NCBI GenBank assembly: GCA_963693365.1
Contig: CAVNZM010000015.1
Coordinates: 5,401,502-5,465,501 of the forward strand
Direction: 5' to 3'
Source of the DNA: Amoebidium appalachense
Lineage: Eukaryota > Protista > Ichthyosporea
Length of the DNA: 64,000 nucleotides
Positions 13,208 to 61,846 of the stretch are shown here, one piece after another (position 1 is the first letter of the stretch; each line of letters begins with the position of its first letter). The position numbers were made by a program, and so were the translations under genes. The notes beneath the pieces were generated by a model that worked only from the letters and a program-made list of their open reading frames with translations, did no database searches and was not told the DNA's origin.

Positions 13208-14402
13208 ATTTTGAGTCACAAAATGTGCATTGCATTGACCATGATACCTTGATTGTCACATGTCACGGCCTGCACTGTAGGCTAGGCCTACTAAGACTGA
13301 GTGCATGGGCACGTGTGCCACCACATATACAATAGTGATACAGTTGATGTTGGGGAAGGGGGGAGGGGGGAGGGGGGGGGGGGGTAGAATCGTGGAGGGA
13401 GAGGGGAGGGGGAGGGGGGAGAGAATCGTGGAGGGAGAGGGGGGAGGGGGAGGGGGGCGGGGGGGAGGGGAGGGGGGAGGGGAGGGGGGCGGGGGCGGCA
13501 CGTATGATATGTACCTGGTGGCACCGGGGAAATTGGGCGAGCACTTCACGAGTCCTGTCGACCAGATGTGGACGTCGACAGGGCTTTGATAGACGGGGGT
13601 TTTGCGCAAACATTTCGGAATGCTAGATTTGCGCAAGCTGCAAGCAATGCCTGCAGTGTTCTGATTGGCTGGTTAGCCGTGGGCGCCAACGGTCAATCGA
13701 TGGCGGGCCAGTTCAAAACGGTCACAAAGTCTTTGAGCGATAACACAGGAGAGACTAAATGTGACCAACATTGCATAGGAATTACAACGAAGGTATTATA
13801 ACATCAGGACGAAAACATACGCGCATATCAATAGAAAACACGGTGAAGCCAGTCAATGTGTGGATGTGTAAGTGCGCGAGGATATATATGTATATAGCGA
13901 AGAAGTTATAGGAACATCACTACAAGACAGGGTTCTGAGAGACAACGTGAAAATACCGAAGAAAGGTATTTAGTTTTCATACACTCCCAAGCCCTCCAAT
14001 AACCCAGCCCAAGCTATTGTACATGAAGAAATTCATGATTTATTCTTTCTACCACCAAGCTTTGTTCTTTAGTTGGTCAAATGGATTGAGTTGGCGGTTT
14101 TCCATGAAATACGGAGTAGGAGACAGGGAAGGGGAACAGGGTGCAAGCGAAAACATTTGTTCTGTGTCCGTCACTACTTTCGCATATACTGCTGGGTGTT
14201 TTTTGGAAAACGGTTGTTTGTTGCGACTAAAAAAGTATGGATCTTGAGTTAATAACTCAGATAATTCCTTGGGTTCCTTTTGCACCACAACTATCGTTTT
14301 TTTTCTTTATCATCCTTACCACAATCAACAGCGATTTCTGGGGCGTGCAAACTTGTGCACAACACGGCACGCGCAGTGGAGGCACATACGCACACGCACG
14401 CA

Positions 14403-14465
<63 letters not shown>

Positions 14466-14522
14466 ATACACACTCCTGCAGTGGCTTCCAACACACACAC
14501 ACACACACACACACACATGCAC

Positions 14523-14597
<75 letters not shown>

Positions 14598-14598
14598 G

Positions 14599-14630
<32 letters not shown>

Positions 14631-14840
14631 CGCACACACACACACACAAAACTCGACCATTTGTGGACTTTGTAGAATGGCATTCGTTACTCGCTAAAGT
14701 TTTTATCTATAGATTAGATAACTGCTACCGACTTCCTGCACATCATGATGCATTCCTCCCATATGTAACAATACAAAAGCTGTCATCTCCTGTTTCCTCC
14801 ACCGACCCATTCCCTTTTTGTGCAGGTGTAATACGGCACC

Positions 14841-42019
<27,179 letters not shown>

Positions 42020-43523
42020 ATGACATAAGTTGAACCTCAAATACACATGCACACTTGCACACATGATTCAATAACAAGTACTAATGGGGCTCGTTTAGTT
42101 TTATAGGATGAAGTTCAAACCCCCCCCCCCCCCCCCCCCCCCCCCCGTGGGGTGCTCTCCTCCCGTCATCAAAAAATTATTTTTAATTTAAGTACCAAAG
42201 GCTAATGATAATAAGGCAGATCCCCCCTTCCCCCCCCCCCCCCCCCCCCTCCCACAGGGCCTCCAACATTAAAATTTAGTATTAATTTTTAAGTTCTAAC
42301 CGCCACTTCCCCCAGTGAGCACGTGCTACGGAGTCACGTGGACACCTGCGTTGCAGCGGACCCCAGCCGCCTGCTGCAGCGTATGGCACGTGGCTTGGAG
42401 CTATACCTGGGCACCCTGGCAATTTAATTTTAATTTTGAATTTAAACGAAGACTGAGATAGCAATTTAAATGGCTATCGACTTCGGAATAGTATGCATAC
42501 CGAAGCCCAAATGAGGAATTTCAAACTCAATACACACGGTAGCCTAAGTTGTAGTAGTATTGAGTCATATGCATGTAGCAAACGTGAGAAGTAGAAGCTG
42601 AGAAATAGTTAAGTATTTTTTTGGAAATGGGTGTTCTCCATATACGGAGTGTTTCTCAGATTTACATGGATCTTTGGTTTTTATTTTCTTTTTTTTCAAT
42701 CTCAACCAATATACAGATATAAGTAGGAATATGCATATCGATCACGAAATTTTCATGTTTCATTTTCGGCGAAGAATATGCATATCACTGCATATATATG
42801 GTACCTACTTGATTTGTGCATTTATTATAATGCTCATACACGTGTGAGTGGCCACCATGGTTCTACGAACTTCGAGGGGTCACAGACTCAGTCACTGTGG
42901 GCCCGGTTTTAAAATAGCGAGGGTTTCGTTTCTATAACATGTGTTATCCGTCATAGATATGGCGCATGCCCACTTTGTGGCCGTGACGTCACGGCCCTAC
43001 GATTGTGTACGTGGCCGTGTGGCACCCGGGTCCGGTGCCATGGATTACGGATTTCCACACACAGTATAATATAACACTCATATATGGGAAAATGTGCTGT
43101 ATATTATCTATTTATACTTTATAGAATTAATATTATATATGACGTGTGCCCCTTTCCCCTTCAAGGTTCAGAGTGCGGGCTCAAGAAAATATTCCGTAGT
43201 ACAGTTGGTAAAAATCATGATAACCGGATTATGGAAATTTTGGATTATTCCGAACCTATGAAATCGGGAGCCGGGATAAAAGTAGCCCGTGATCGGATTC
43301 CAGATTCAACTGTGAATCGCCGCACCAGGCTGGGCAACGATTCCGATGAGCCACAGCGTTTACTAATAATATGATCTGCTTTTTTTTTTTTTTTTAATAC
43401 TTTTGTTCAGATGAAATAATCAATACAGTTGGTGTGGAAATTGATTATCATGATCAAAGATACCTACTGATTAGGGAAGTGCGCACGCGACAGCATTAGA
43501 TGTGGTATTTTTTTATTCGACAC

Positions 43524-44711
43524 GTCGGCCGGTTCGCTATGAGGGCCCGCCCGGCCGGTTCGCCGCGGATACAAGCGGTTCAGGGCGGATCCGGGCCAAA
43601 GTTCGCCGAGAGCCGCGAAAGATCTACAGCCAATTACACGAGCCATTCGACGCGATCTGTGGAATGCGAATTCCCAGCTCGCGGCAGAGACACTCCTGAC
43701 AGGCACCCAATCGATCGGAACGCGGCGAAAGCATGAAACAGGATATAGCAATAAACGATAACACATAGATTTGAAGTATGTAAAAGGCTTTAAAGATTAT
43801 TAAAACACCGTATACGTACGTACAGGTATGCATATGCACGCGAACAAGGACAATGTCGCCGCACGTGTGAGTCTAGGTCCTTGCTTGTTATATAGAACGC
43901 ATGCCGACCAATCAAACTACGCTTGAGCGTTGCAAAATTCCCTTTTCATGATCGCGGTGCCACTCCTACCTGCCCATTCCTATTCAGTATTTAAGTTGTA
44001 TTAAATAGTAATATAATGATTTTTATCATTTATTTATACATTAAATTTATTCTTCGTAGATTATATGTACAATGTTGACCGTAACTACATGCTCCTTAGC
44101 GTCCTTTGCTTTGTCACCAATAGGAGCCGAAAATTCCCATTTACCCGCATTTCTTAGTTCTCGTCTATGATTGGTTCACGTAAACAATTTCTTATCGCTT
44201 TGTCACCATCTTGCCACCCGCCGCACTGATCAGTTTCAGATGACGAGTGGCTCACACGCTGTGCAGTACAGCGGCCAACGCAGTTTGTTGCCGTTTTTCA
44301 CTTTTTTACGGCTGAAAACCGGCCAAAGCGCGTCCTTCCTGTGTCGCATAAAGACAAACAACCATAGGTCAAATTTTGCACATAAGCTTGTAAGCCAATG
44401 ACCAAGTTTCAACTCGATCTGACATTGGGTTGTCACGCTACAGTGTCACCAATGTTCGGGTCGCACCTGAAACCAAGAAAAGGTACCATCGCTTCTGTGA
44501 GCTTTGCCAAAAACCCCAATGTCAGAATTGATTGAAAATTTACAGAATAAGAGTCTACATATATATTTAGCACGTAGCAAATTTTGGTGGAAAACTGTTA
44601 GAGACTTCTCTCTACACAATTTCTCAAATTATATGCAAAATGTTCGGGTCGGGGACTTTTGGCCCGATTTGCCGGCCCGGCCGGGCGGGCCATCATAGCG
44701 AACCGGCCGAC
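43524..44711. mobile_element. Putative non-autonomous TIR element bounded by 35-bp GC-rich inverted repeats
   Basis: GTCGGCCGGTTCGCTATGAGGGCCCGCCCGGCCGG (43524-43558) is the reverse complement of 44677-44711 with one mismatch; no coding capacity inside. Confidence 0.5.
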
Positions 44712-47165
44712 AATTCGCCAATCAAATTCGTGCAAACCATGCGGCATTTGCGTACGGGGTCGTGACCCGGGAATGTCACTTGCGGCAGGATTCGAAATGC
44801 GACCGGGAGCTGCAGCCGAAGGCGGCTTCAAAGATATGCATTTTATATATTTTATTTTTATTTTTTGCTTGTAAAAGCGGCCATGGCTTGCTATCTTTCA
44901 AAAAAACTTAAAATCTAAAGGTTGTTTCTATTAATAGTTACCGGATACATTACTATGTTAGTGCGTGCACCAAACTCAGGCATAAACCCTCGGGAAGGGA
45001 CCCATCGGGACAATGCTGCACCTCGGGAGCGTCTCTGGAATGTGGATAACCATTTTACAGAGGCTCTAAAAACAGCAACCAATCACTAAGAAAATGCTTA
45101 TAATTATGGCTTTAATGGCTTTTTTCAATGGCAATTTTTATATAGAATTTTCGCGAAATACGCAACGCTGGCGAGGGAAAAAAGAAATGATACAATCGGG
45201 ATTTACACGCGCTTTGGTGATTTGCATTGGCCCGCGAATAGATATGCGGATCCTGGCCATGGGGTGGGCCAAGTAGACTAGTCCGAGTCAATCATTATGG
45301 TCCAGTTAGTCTCCCTAGATCTTGGCCCATTTTTCCACTTCCGGATGCCGGGGATGGGCCGTCACACGGCCGTGGATTCGAATATTCGGGGCTATTCACA
45401 GTGATATAACGACAGCATGTGTAGCCACTCATATAGACACTAAGAAACTTGAAATATAGAAAAGACACCAATAAAGACAATGTTCAAAGGTTTTAATATT
45501 ATATTTCATCACTAAGCACGTACAACCAATCATTCTTGTGGCACGTGCACACCGCGAACCCGGTGGGACGGCGGACGGCCGCGGGGCGGACAAGCTCGAT
45601 CGGGCGCAATTCTCATTGGCTGCATACGCGTGCGTCATGATTCATGAGTAGATTTTTTATCAGTCCCGATAGGCCTGCGATGATGATCTTTTTATTTGAA
45701 AAAACCAGTAGGTTTAGTTGTTCATTTCTGTCTACAAAAGCATCTTTTTACCGTTGAAAATGACTTGTGCCCTTCCCTTGCCAGGCTAAATTACATTTTA
45801 CAGAAATATGTAAACTCAGCCGGCGACCGCGGCCCATTGAACATTTGTTGGCTCGGCAACATTCCTGCATGGGCATTGGACAAAGTGGCATTTTCAAAAT
45901 TTTGAGAAAGAAAAAGGATGTTGATAAGGCGAACCCTTCGGACAAGATCCTCTCTTTTATAAAAGCAGTGTGGTTTTAGTATTTACAAAAGACAGACAAA
46001 TCAGCCAGGTCTGATAATTATAGTTTTTTTACTTTATGTTCTATTTATTGAAAAAAAATGCTATATAACACTACAGCAGATGATAGCAAAACAGCACGTC
46101 TTAAAACTCCGAAGTTATCTCGAACTTTCTTCGTATATCTCACCCATGTTCCCTCCAGATTTTTCGGCTAACAAATTAGCATTCCGGAATTTCCGGGGAC
46201 CGGCAAAAACGGCCTTCGGACAACTTTCGTTTTCAATTTTTTCTCGTTTTATCATACCTTTACTTGAAAGGAACTTATTTGCAGTGTTCAGCCTTTAAAG
46301 AGAGTCACTCTTGTAGGTTTATCTTTTTGAAATCCAGGGCGTTTTTCAAAGTCTCTATAGCCTGAGGCTCGCTTCCTTCGGTTGAAGGGCTTGGTGCCGA
46401 CACGTGTTGAGCCCAGGTTCAACATCACTAAGTAACACTGAAGGATCATTTTTAATTACTTGTCAGTGAAAACGCATATTATAATGGTCAAGGGTTTGAA
46501 CCGTTCCTGAGTTCACTGAATGTAAGTCTGCATGAGTGATGCCATCGGAAACCTTAACCACATACAGTAACTAGGTTCGCCATAGTAGTAACATCATCAT
46601 CACGTTACTCGACAGAAACCGTGGGGGAATTATAGAGGGCGGCCCTGGAAATTGTCAAGACCAATTTAAAAACAACTGGTAAGCATGACGGAAGAATCTG
46701 ATGTGACACCAAACTAAGTTTTAGTTGGGTTATTCTGTGGAAAAGCTTAACGTTGGGAAATTGTGCAGTAAGATTCGTTTACCCTGGCTGAACTTGAGCC
46801 TTTTGCGTTCGAAGGAGGGTCGGGGTAGAAGCTTGCTTCTTGTTTCCCTAAGGCTTTCAGTCCTGTTAAACTTTGAGTGGGCCATCTGTGATTGATATTA
46901 TCTTTGCTTGGCCGTAGCTGCAGCTGGCGGCATGGAAATTTATGCACAGCTTACTGCAGGCTCGGTTATAAAAAATAGAACTTCGTGCTGTGCTTCATCA
47001 TGATGGCTCTAGTAACCTTGACTGCCAGGTGAATGCTGAATTTTTCCGTGGCACTCTGAGAACCAAGAATGCGAGTCATGCTAGTAGGTGGCCATAATCA
47101 TGACTTAGACGAAATTTTCGGTGAGTGCTTCTCTCTTTAACAAGGCCTGTGAGTAATCTTTGTGC

Positions 47166-55111
<7,946 letters not shown>

Positions 55112-55222
55112 GGCTTATTGGCTTACGAGGAACAGGTATTTATATCAGGCCCTTACAATCGTGGCACACATGCATGGTATTTATATCAGGGCCTTACAAT
55201 CTTGGCTCACATGCATGCGTGT

Positions 55223-55280
<58 letters not shown>

Positions 55281-56469
55281 ACACACCGGCACACACACAC
55301 TCTGACACACACACAGTTTTAAGCCACTCGCTCTTGCTGAAAGTTTGTGCATCTTGTATTTCCTGTTTTCCGCTCGGGTTTCGGATGTTTTACCGTTGAG
55401 GGCTTTTTTTTTTTTTTTTTTTTTTTTTTTCCCACTAGATGCACCAGTTGGCTAAAAAAAGAAATATATCCCCCCCCCCCCCCCCCCCCCCCATTTTTTT
55501 TTCCCCCTTTCAAGTTCCCACTTGACTATGCACACGCCGGAGCGTGCAGATAACAGTGATTATGTAACTTTTCATAAGGGTTTGCAGGGCATGACATGAT
55601 GCTGAAACCCCTTGCAGTAATTTCCATGTTTTACGTGTGAATCTCGAAGCAGCCCATTATCTGTAACACCTTAATGGGCCGGGTTTCTAGAAATGCTTAA
55701 TCCTTAAGGGCATGTGTATTGCGGGTAGAGTCATTCCCTTGTAATAAACTTCAAGTATGGTACCCATCGTTTTAGTGCTCGGACGTATGAGTTGAAATCA
55801 CGCGGTGACTGTGTGTGCGAGTTGGTTAAGTTCGATAACTTAAGGGGTGTTGGAATGCATAAAGTTGGTTTACAGTACAGTAAATACGGAAGTGTTCGTA
55901 CATGGTTTTCCAATTTTAGAACTGTTTTGATAAAAGCACTGTAAAGCTAAGGTATAGCAGATGCAGTTATTTGTAGGGGTTAAAGTTAAAGTTTAACGTC
56001 CCCTTATTGATGATGGCGGTTTAATTTTAAAATATAGTTGTGTATAACTATTTCAACTGTGTGTGTTTTGCCTAAGCGTGATGTTTCATCGAAGCTTCTT
56101 TAAGGGCCTTTAAAGCTTAACCTTTCGCGTATGTGGTGCAGTGTTAATGTTTTAGCCCATGCACGAGTGCCTGCCGTTGAGGTTGACTTTGATACATTGT
56201 AAATATATAGCTATGTCGCTGAGGTGTGCCAACACGTGAAACATGGATAGCATGCTACCTTGCTAGGTAAATTTTAAGATTTATTGTTAAAATTTAAAAT
56301 GATAATTCGGGGGTGTTGCTGTTTTTGTGGCTTCAGAATAAACTTTCATGATCCGCTGAGACTCCAGGTTCGATTCAGCGTCAGCGGTCCGGCCCGATGG
56401 AAGTGGCGAAGAGTAGTGTAATTTGAAAGGCTCTGTGCAGCCTACAGCTGTGTGTGTGTGACACTGTGG

Positions 56470-56512
<43 letters not shown>

Positions 56513-56530
56513 CGGTTGTTGGTGTGTGTG

Positions 56531-56569
<39 letters not shown>

Positions 56570-56870
56570 ATGTGTTGTGCGTGTGTGCGTGTGTGCGTCA
56601 TGGTGTGAGTGTGCGTGTGCGTGTGCGTGTGTGCATGTGTGCATGTGTGTGTGTGTTTGTGTGTATGCCGGACACTCTCAGTTTGTGTGTGCACGTGTAC
56701 ACGTGTGTGCGTGCATGTGCACCTTTTTGCGAAGCGACATGGCAGTTGTGTGTGTGTCGACGTCTATTTTTAGTGCACTGAGTTGGGCGGCCCAGAGGCC
56801 CAGGGCCTGTTGAATTTCGACGGAGCAGGGCCCTCCCGGCGGGGCGGGGCGGGGGCGGGGTGGGGTGGGG

Positions 56871-56906
<36 letters not shown>

Positions 56907-57629
56907 GTTTTCAAATGGACTGGAGGGTCTGGCGATTGAAGGGTCCCGTAGGCTCGGCCCGTGGTTGCACCGGTGGGGGACCCCCCTCGGAGGGGAAAGG
57001 GGGGGAGGGGGGGGGGGGGGGGGGGGGAGCTGTAAACTTTAATGGGGTTTAGGAGGGAAACAAGTCAACCTGGGCCTTCTTTGCATACACAAACCAGGCC
57101 TACTACCTTAGAGCCTGAACACTACGAACGATACTAAGGCAGTGAGCCCGTGCACAGGCGACTTCAGGTTTCAAAATTCTGAGTAAGTACTATGTATTTT
57201 ACGTGATATACAGCGCGTCGCCGTGGTGGCACCCGGAGAATTGAAGCATTCCGGTACCTGTAGTTTCTGTTAAAACCCCGGACATGTACGCGTGCACGTG
57301 TTTAATACTCGTGGCACAAGTCACACTCGGAGGAAATCTTACAAACTCTTAACCGTCAATGTGGGAAAAAAAAAAAAAAAAATACAATATTGAGTTTCCC
57401 AACCTCAGTGAAATTTTTCACGGCCACAGCCGGACCGTGGAGTAAGTTACATCATGCTACTAGTAGCTTAGTGGTACACTCAGTGACACAGTGCACTCAG
57501 CCTGCCAGTCGGTTGCAACGGGTGGGCCGAAACTCGTGGCACTGCCCCGGGACAATGTTCCCCTTGATTTTACGCCATCCTGAAACCTTGTTTTGCCATC
57601 AGGCGTGAGTGAGGGTGTGTCATAGGAAC

Positions 57630-57717
<88 letters not shown>

Positions 57718-58256
57718 TGGTGGTGGTGGTGGTGGTGGTGGGGGGGGGGGGGGGGGGGGGGGGGGGGAGACCTCCGTTTAACGGACACGGAGGAAAGAAA
57801 CCCCGTTTAACGGACATGGAGGAAAGAAAGCGGAACTTCTGACTTCAGGCAGGCTGCGACAGGGTCAAGAGACTGTAGTAGTCACTGTGATATATAGTGT
57901 TCTGCCACTGTTTGTAACCTTTAAGGGTGACTCTGGTTATCATCATCATTAGACTCAACGGTTATTGAATACTTTCAAGCTTAAGGCAAGGCATAAGGGT
58001 CACCAACGCACCGTGTCTGATTCACTGCGTACTGTGACGTGGCACTTGATATGATCATATGGCAAACTTTAAATTTGTGACAGTGCCGGCCAGGCCCCGG
58101 TCGTGCACTAATTGATCGCTAATCATTCACGTGGCTGAAGTTTACATAACTAATATTACTGATAAGATTCTGAATCTACTAAAATTTTAAAATTTTAGGG
58201 AAATTACGGATTGCTGCTTGAGAACCGTGAATTGTACTGGTAATGACCGGTCGGGG

Positions 58257-58308
<52 letters not shown>

Positions 58309-58384
58309 TATCAAAATTGCCTTGCTGCGGCCTGAATGAAGGCTCTGAAAACTTTACTGGTAATATATATAAAATATATATAAT

Positions 58385-58662
58385 AGCAGAATTCAAATCA
58401 ACAAAAAGTCACATGATTCTGCGGACTTGGAAGCAGAATCATTCTGCAAAAAGCCCCACTCGAATTATTCTGCAAAAGCATTAGGCAGAATTATTCGGAA
58501 CAGTTATTTAAAAGTCGAATTTAATCTGCAGAAAGCAGAATTATTCTGCAAAAAAGTCGAGTGATTTGATGTCATCAAATATAAACTCCTCTTTTTGCAG
58601 GAAAAAAAAGTAGACGATGCTGCAGAAAGCAGAAACTTTGAAGCAGAATTATATCTGCAAAA
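58385..58662. repeat. Cluster of degenerate palindromic GCAGAAT(T/C)ATTCTGC motifs
   Basis: About 8 full or half copies, for example at 58433, 58535 and 58643. Confidence 0.7.
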
Positions 58663-58752
58663 AAGGGGAATCCTGGCACAAACACAGACTGATCAGCAAA
58701 TCTGAAAACACCGAGGCTCAGCCACACAAATGCCTCATTAGTTAAGCTGCGT

Positions 58753-59032
58753 CAGGCTAACAGCCACGCGTCCGCACCGCCACGCGCTGGCAGCAAAGCA
58801 AACATACAAAAAGAACCAAAATTTTAGACTGTGTGACGGAGCGTGTCAACACAAAGGAAGAACAAGCCAAGAATCTAGCTATCATGAGAGTCAAGGCGCT
58901 CTTCTTTGTGTTTTCTAGAGCTACTATACTAAAGGCACTGAGATATTGTTCAAAAACAAAAACAAAACAAAACAATAAAAACAGGCTAACAGCCACGCGT
59001 CCGCACCGCCGCGCGCTGGCAGCAAAGCAAAC
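58753..59032. repeat. Pair of ~50-bp direct repeats about 229 bp apart
   Basis: CAGGCTAACAGCCACGCGTCCGCACCGCC(A/G)CGCGCTGGCAGCAAAGCAAAC at 58753 and 58982. Confidence 0.9.
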
Positions 59033-59251
59033 GTCGGCTGACACGTCACAGGCTACACCGTACACGTGCGCACCGTCTCTGCACCTACGGGCACGTGTTC
59101 CGTGGAACTATCACCCCTTTGACAGGGTTGGGCTGGGGTTCGCCAGCTTAACCGTATCGCCCTTTGGCCAATCGTAACGGACAATTTCTTATTAATATTC
59201 GTAACGGGTGGGTTCTTTTTTTTCCCTTTTTTTTTTCTTCTTTTGACTGTA

Positions 59252-59368
59252 GACCGTGATTCGAAAATCACGTAACTATTTAGTAGGTTAAGGTCTCGTT
59301 CGTTAACGGAATTAACCAGACAAATCACTCCACCAACTAAGAACGGCCATGCACCACCACCCATAGAA
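59252..59368 (-). pseudogene. Isolated 117-bp fragment of eukaryotic 18S rRNA
   Basis: Reverse complement reads TTCTATGGGTGGTGGTGCATGGCCGTTCTTAGTTGGTGGAGTGATTTGTCTGGTTAATTCCGTTAACGAACGAGACCTTAACCTACTAAATAGTTACGTGATTTTCGAATCACGGTC, the conserved SSU block leading into V7; both flanks are non-rRNA. Confidence 0.93.
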
Positions 59369-60082
59369 GGAGCTGCAAGCCCCGCCTAAAACGCCCCTCC
59401 AGTCGCAAAACTCAAAATACGTGTTTTTACAAATTGAGTACCGCAAGATTACAAGCCCTGAAAACTTATCGGGCTCGCTATTGCACATGAGAAGCGCTGT
59501 AGATATGTTCTTAAGGGGGAATGTGCTGTTCTTGAACAGAAATATTGAAAGAATAGGGAAAATTACATATTCAAGCGTTTATAATGCTAAACACCTGATA
59601 CGAAAGCTGTTACGACGGTACCCTGACCTTATTCGTATCGGGGTCTCTCGTTAATCGTAATTACGAAGATTTTTTTCGTAATCCCTACCCTGCCCTTTGA
59701 AACGCTTTTATTGGCTGGTGTAAACAACAGGTATGCAAATACATTCCAAATATAAAATATGGGCACAGCTGATTGGTTGAAGAGGGGGACTATGATAAGT
59801 ATGGCCGTTGCCCTGGCGACAATCTTCCACATCTGACATTGAAATGATTCGAAAACTGTTCTTTTGTGGGTAAAATATTGAAGTAAATAAAAAGTTAAGG
59901 CCTAGAGATTGCGTGTTCACTCCTAGGACACTATCATGAAAATTATATCCTTTGTGTATGCAGCATTTTCTTTGAGAAAGTTCAATCATTTAGAATTTTT
60001 TTTTATCAGGATCAGGATCTCCGCCGATGAGCCGCATAAGGTGGCATAGCAGGAAAATTTAAAATACAGCCTTTTAAGACAT

Positions 60083-60084
60083 AT

Positions 60085-60120
<36 letters not shown>

Positions 60121-60162
60121 ATATATATATATATATATATATATATCTATACTATATATATA

Positions 60163-60242
<80 letters not shown>
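60083..60242. repeat. Compound (TA)n-(CA)n microsatellite
   Basis: Seen directly. Confidence 0.95.
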
Positions 60243-60244
<2 letters not shown>

Positions 60245-61766
60245 TGCACACATAGCTATACGCTGAATATTCGTGTATTCAAGTTTCAATTTGCCGCGGC
60301 CGCGGCCAAGCCGCGCAACCACACCCGCCAACTTTTTTGTTCAAGCATTGTCCATCAGCACTGAACGCATAGGCTAACTACAGAACCACCTTTTTACTGC
60401 GAAAGAAAGCTGAAAAATAATAAGCAACAGTTTTCCTTGTCTTACCAATTTATATTATAAGAAAATGATACGAGGTGCCTTTCAGATGTCCTTCAATGGC
60501 GTCGGGAGTGACTCCCGCAACCTCGGCCCGGCCGCGAGCAGTGTGGCCCCATGAACGGAATGTTGAGGCAATTCAATGCGGGGAAGGGGTGCAAAAAGAC
60601 TGTGATGGAATTTTATAATTTGTCGCGACGTCAGTGGGACACTTCAAGTGAGCGCCAACTTCACCAAAAAAGTTGATTACAGTAGAAACGGCTTCACAAA
60701 AAGAGTTAAAATTTGTGATCAGTTATCCTGTTTATTAGGATTAGTTTCCAAAAAGTTTTTTAACACATGTTGAACCATATAAAAGTAGTCGCCCCGTCCG
60801 GGGCTTTGTCAGGCTTACATGTTATAGCCCGACAAGCGGCTGCGCGCTCAGTCCATTTACCCTGCTCATTACCAGCGATGCGATTAGCCGAATCAGCCTA
60901 AACTATTGTGGAATGCAGAATACAAAAGAAGTCGTTAGCGTGCGCTCTGATTGGTAGAAGTATACGGCACAAGATCCCCCTATACTCCTGTGAAAGGGCG
61001 CCGAGTCACCTCGCCACCTCGCCTAAGAGCGGCTGTTTCGAAGAGATAGAACTGAAGTCTTGAAAAAAACATAGTAATATAAGAAAGCGTAAAAAAAGAC
61101 AAAATAGAATCTAAAAAAAGCCGTTCAAGTTCAGCATGCGGTTGTAAAAGGCAAACTCCGCTGTTGTTTCCCGGATATAAATTCATGTTTCACATATATA
61201 ATTATTATTTACTCGTACGAACGTCAACAAAACTTTATTGCATGCCATATTTTAGTCACTCAAGTTCGGAAGTTCGCGATCGGGTACCAGGGCTAGAAAT
61301 TACATTTTAGGATTACTGTATTTTGGCATCTGGCGGATCGCCGCCTAATTTTGTCCGGAGGTATTTACTTCCTTTTTACTTCCTTATATCTATCCGATAA
61401 ATGTATACCTATCCGGCGTCGGGGGGGACCCCCGTAAGATTCATTGGCAATATATTCATAATCTTGCGTTTATACTACTATGATATAAATCTCCTCTCAG
61501 TTATTTCCAACAATCATGTGACCATTATGTTGAGGGCAACTTACTATGTACATGATGGCTACTCCTTTCGAGCCTCACCAATATTAGCTAAACCGTCTTT
61601 TGAACTATATATCTCTGAAAATGTGTAGATTGAATGCTCTATAAAATACAACAAGCCCAGAAAGCAGACTAATTTTGATATTGAGTGGGTAGCTCAACTT
61701 GCATTTTCCACTTGCAATCGCCATACAGTCGACGTCATGAGATATACTGCGGTATTGAGATATTTT

Positions 61767-61768
<2 letters not shown>

Positions 61769-61844
<76 letters not shown>
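61769..61844. repeat. Poly-G homopolymer, about 76 nt
   Basis: Seen directly; exact length may be a base-calling artefact. Confidence 0.9.

Positions 61845-61846
<2 letters not shown>

Noticed and set aside
45300-46300. Kolobok-like non-autonomous element ending in CT|TTAA near 46295
   Set aside because: No matching left terminus identified; composition alone is insufficient.
59053-59364. ORF MGGGAWPFLVGGVICLVNSVNERDL
   Set aside because: Well-known spurious translation of 18S rRNA sequence.
59252-59368. Functional rRNA gene
   Set aside because: Only 117 bp; no other 18S, 5.8S or 28S sequence in the window.
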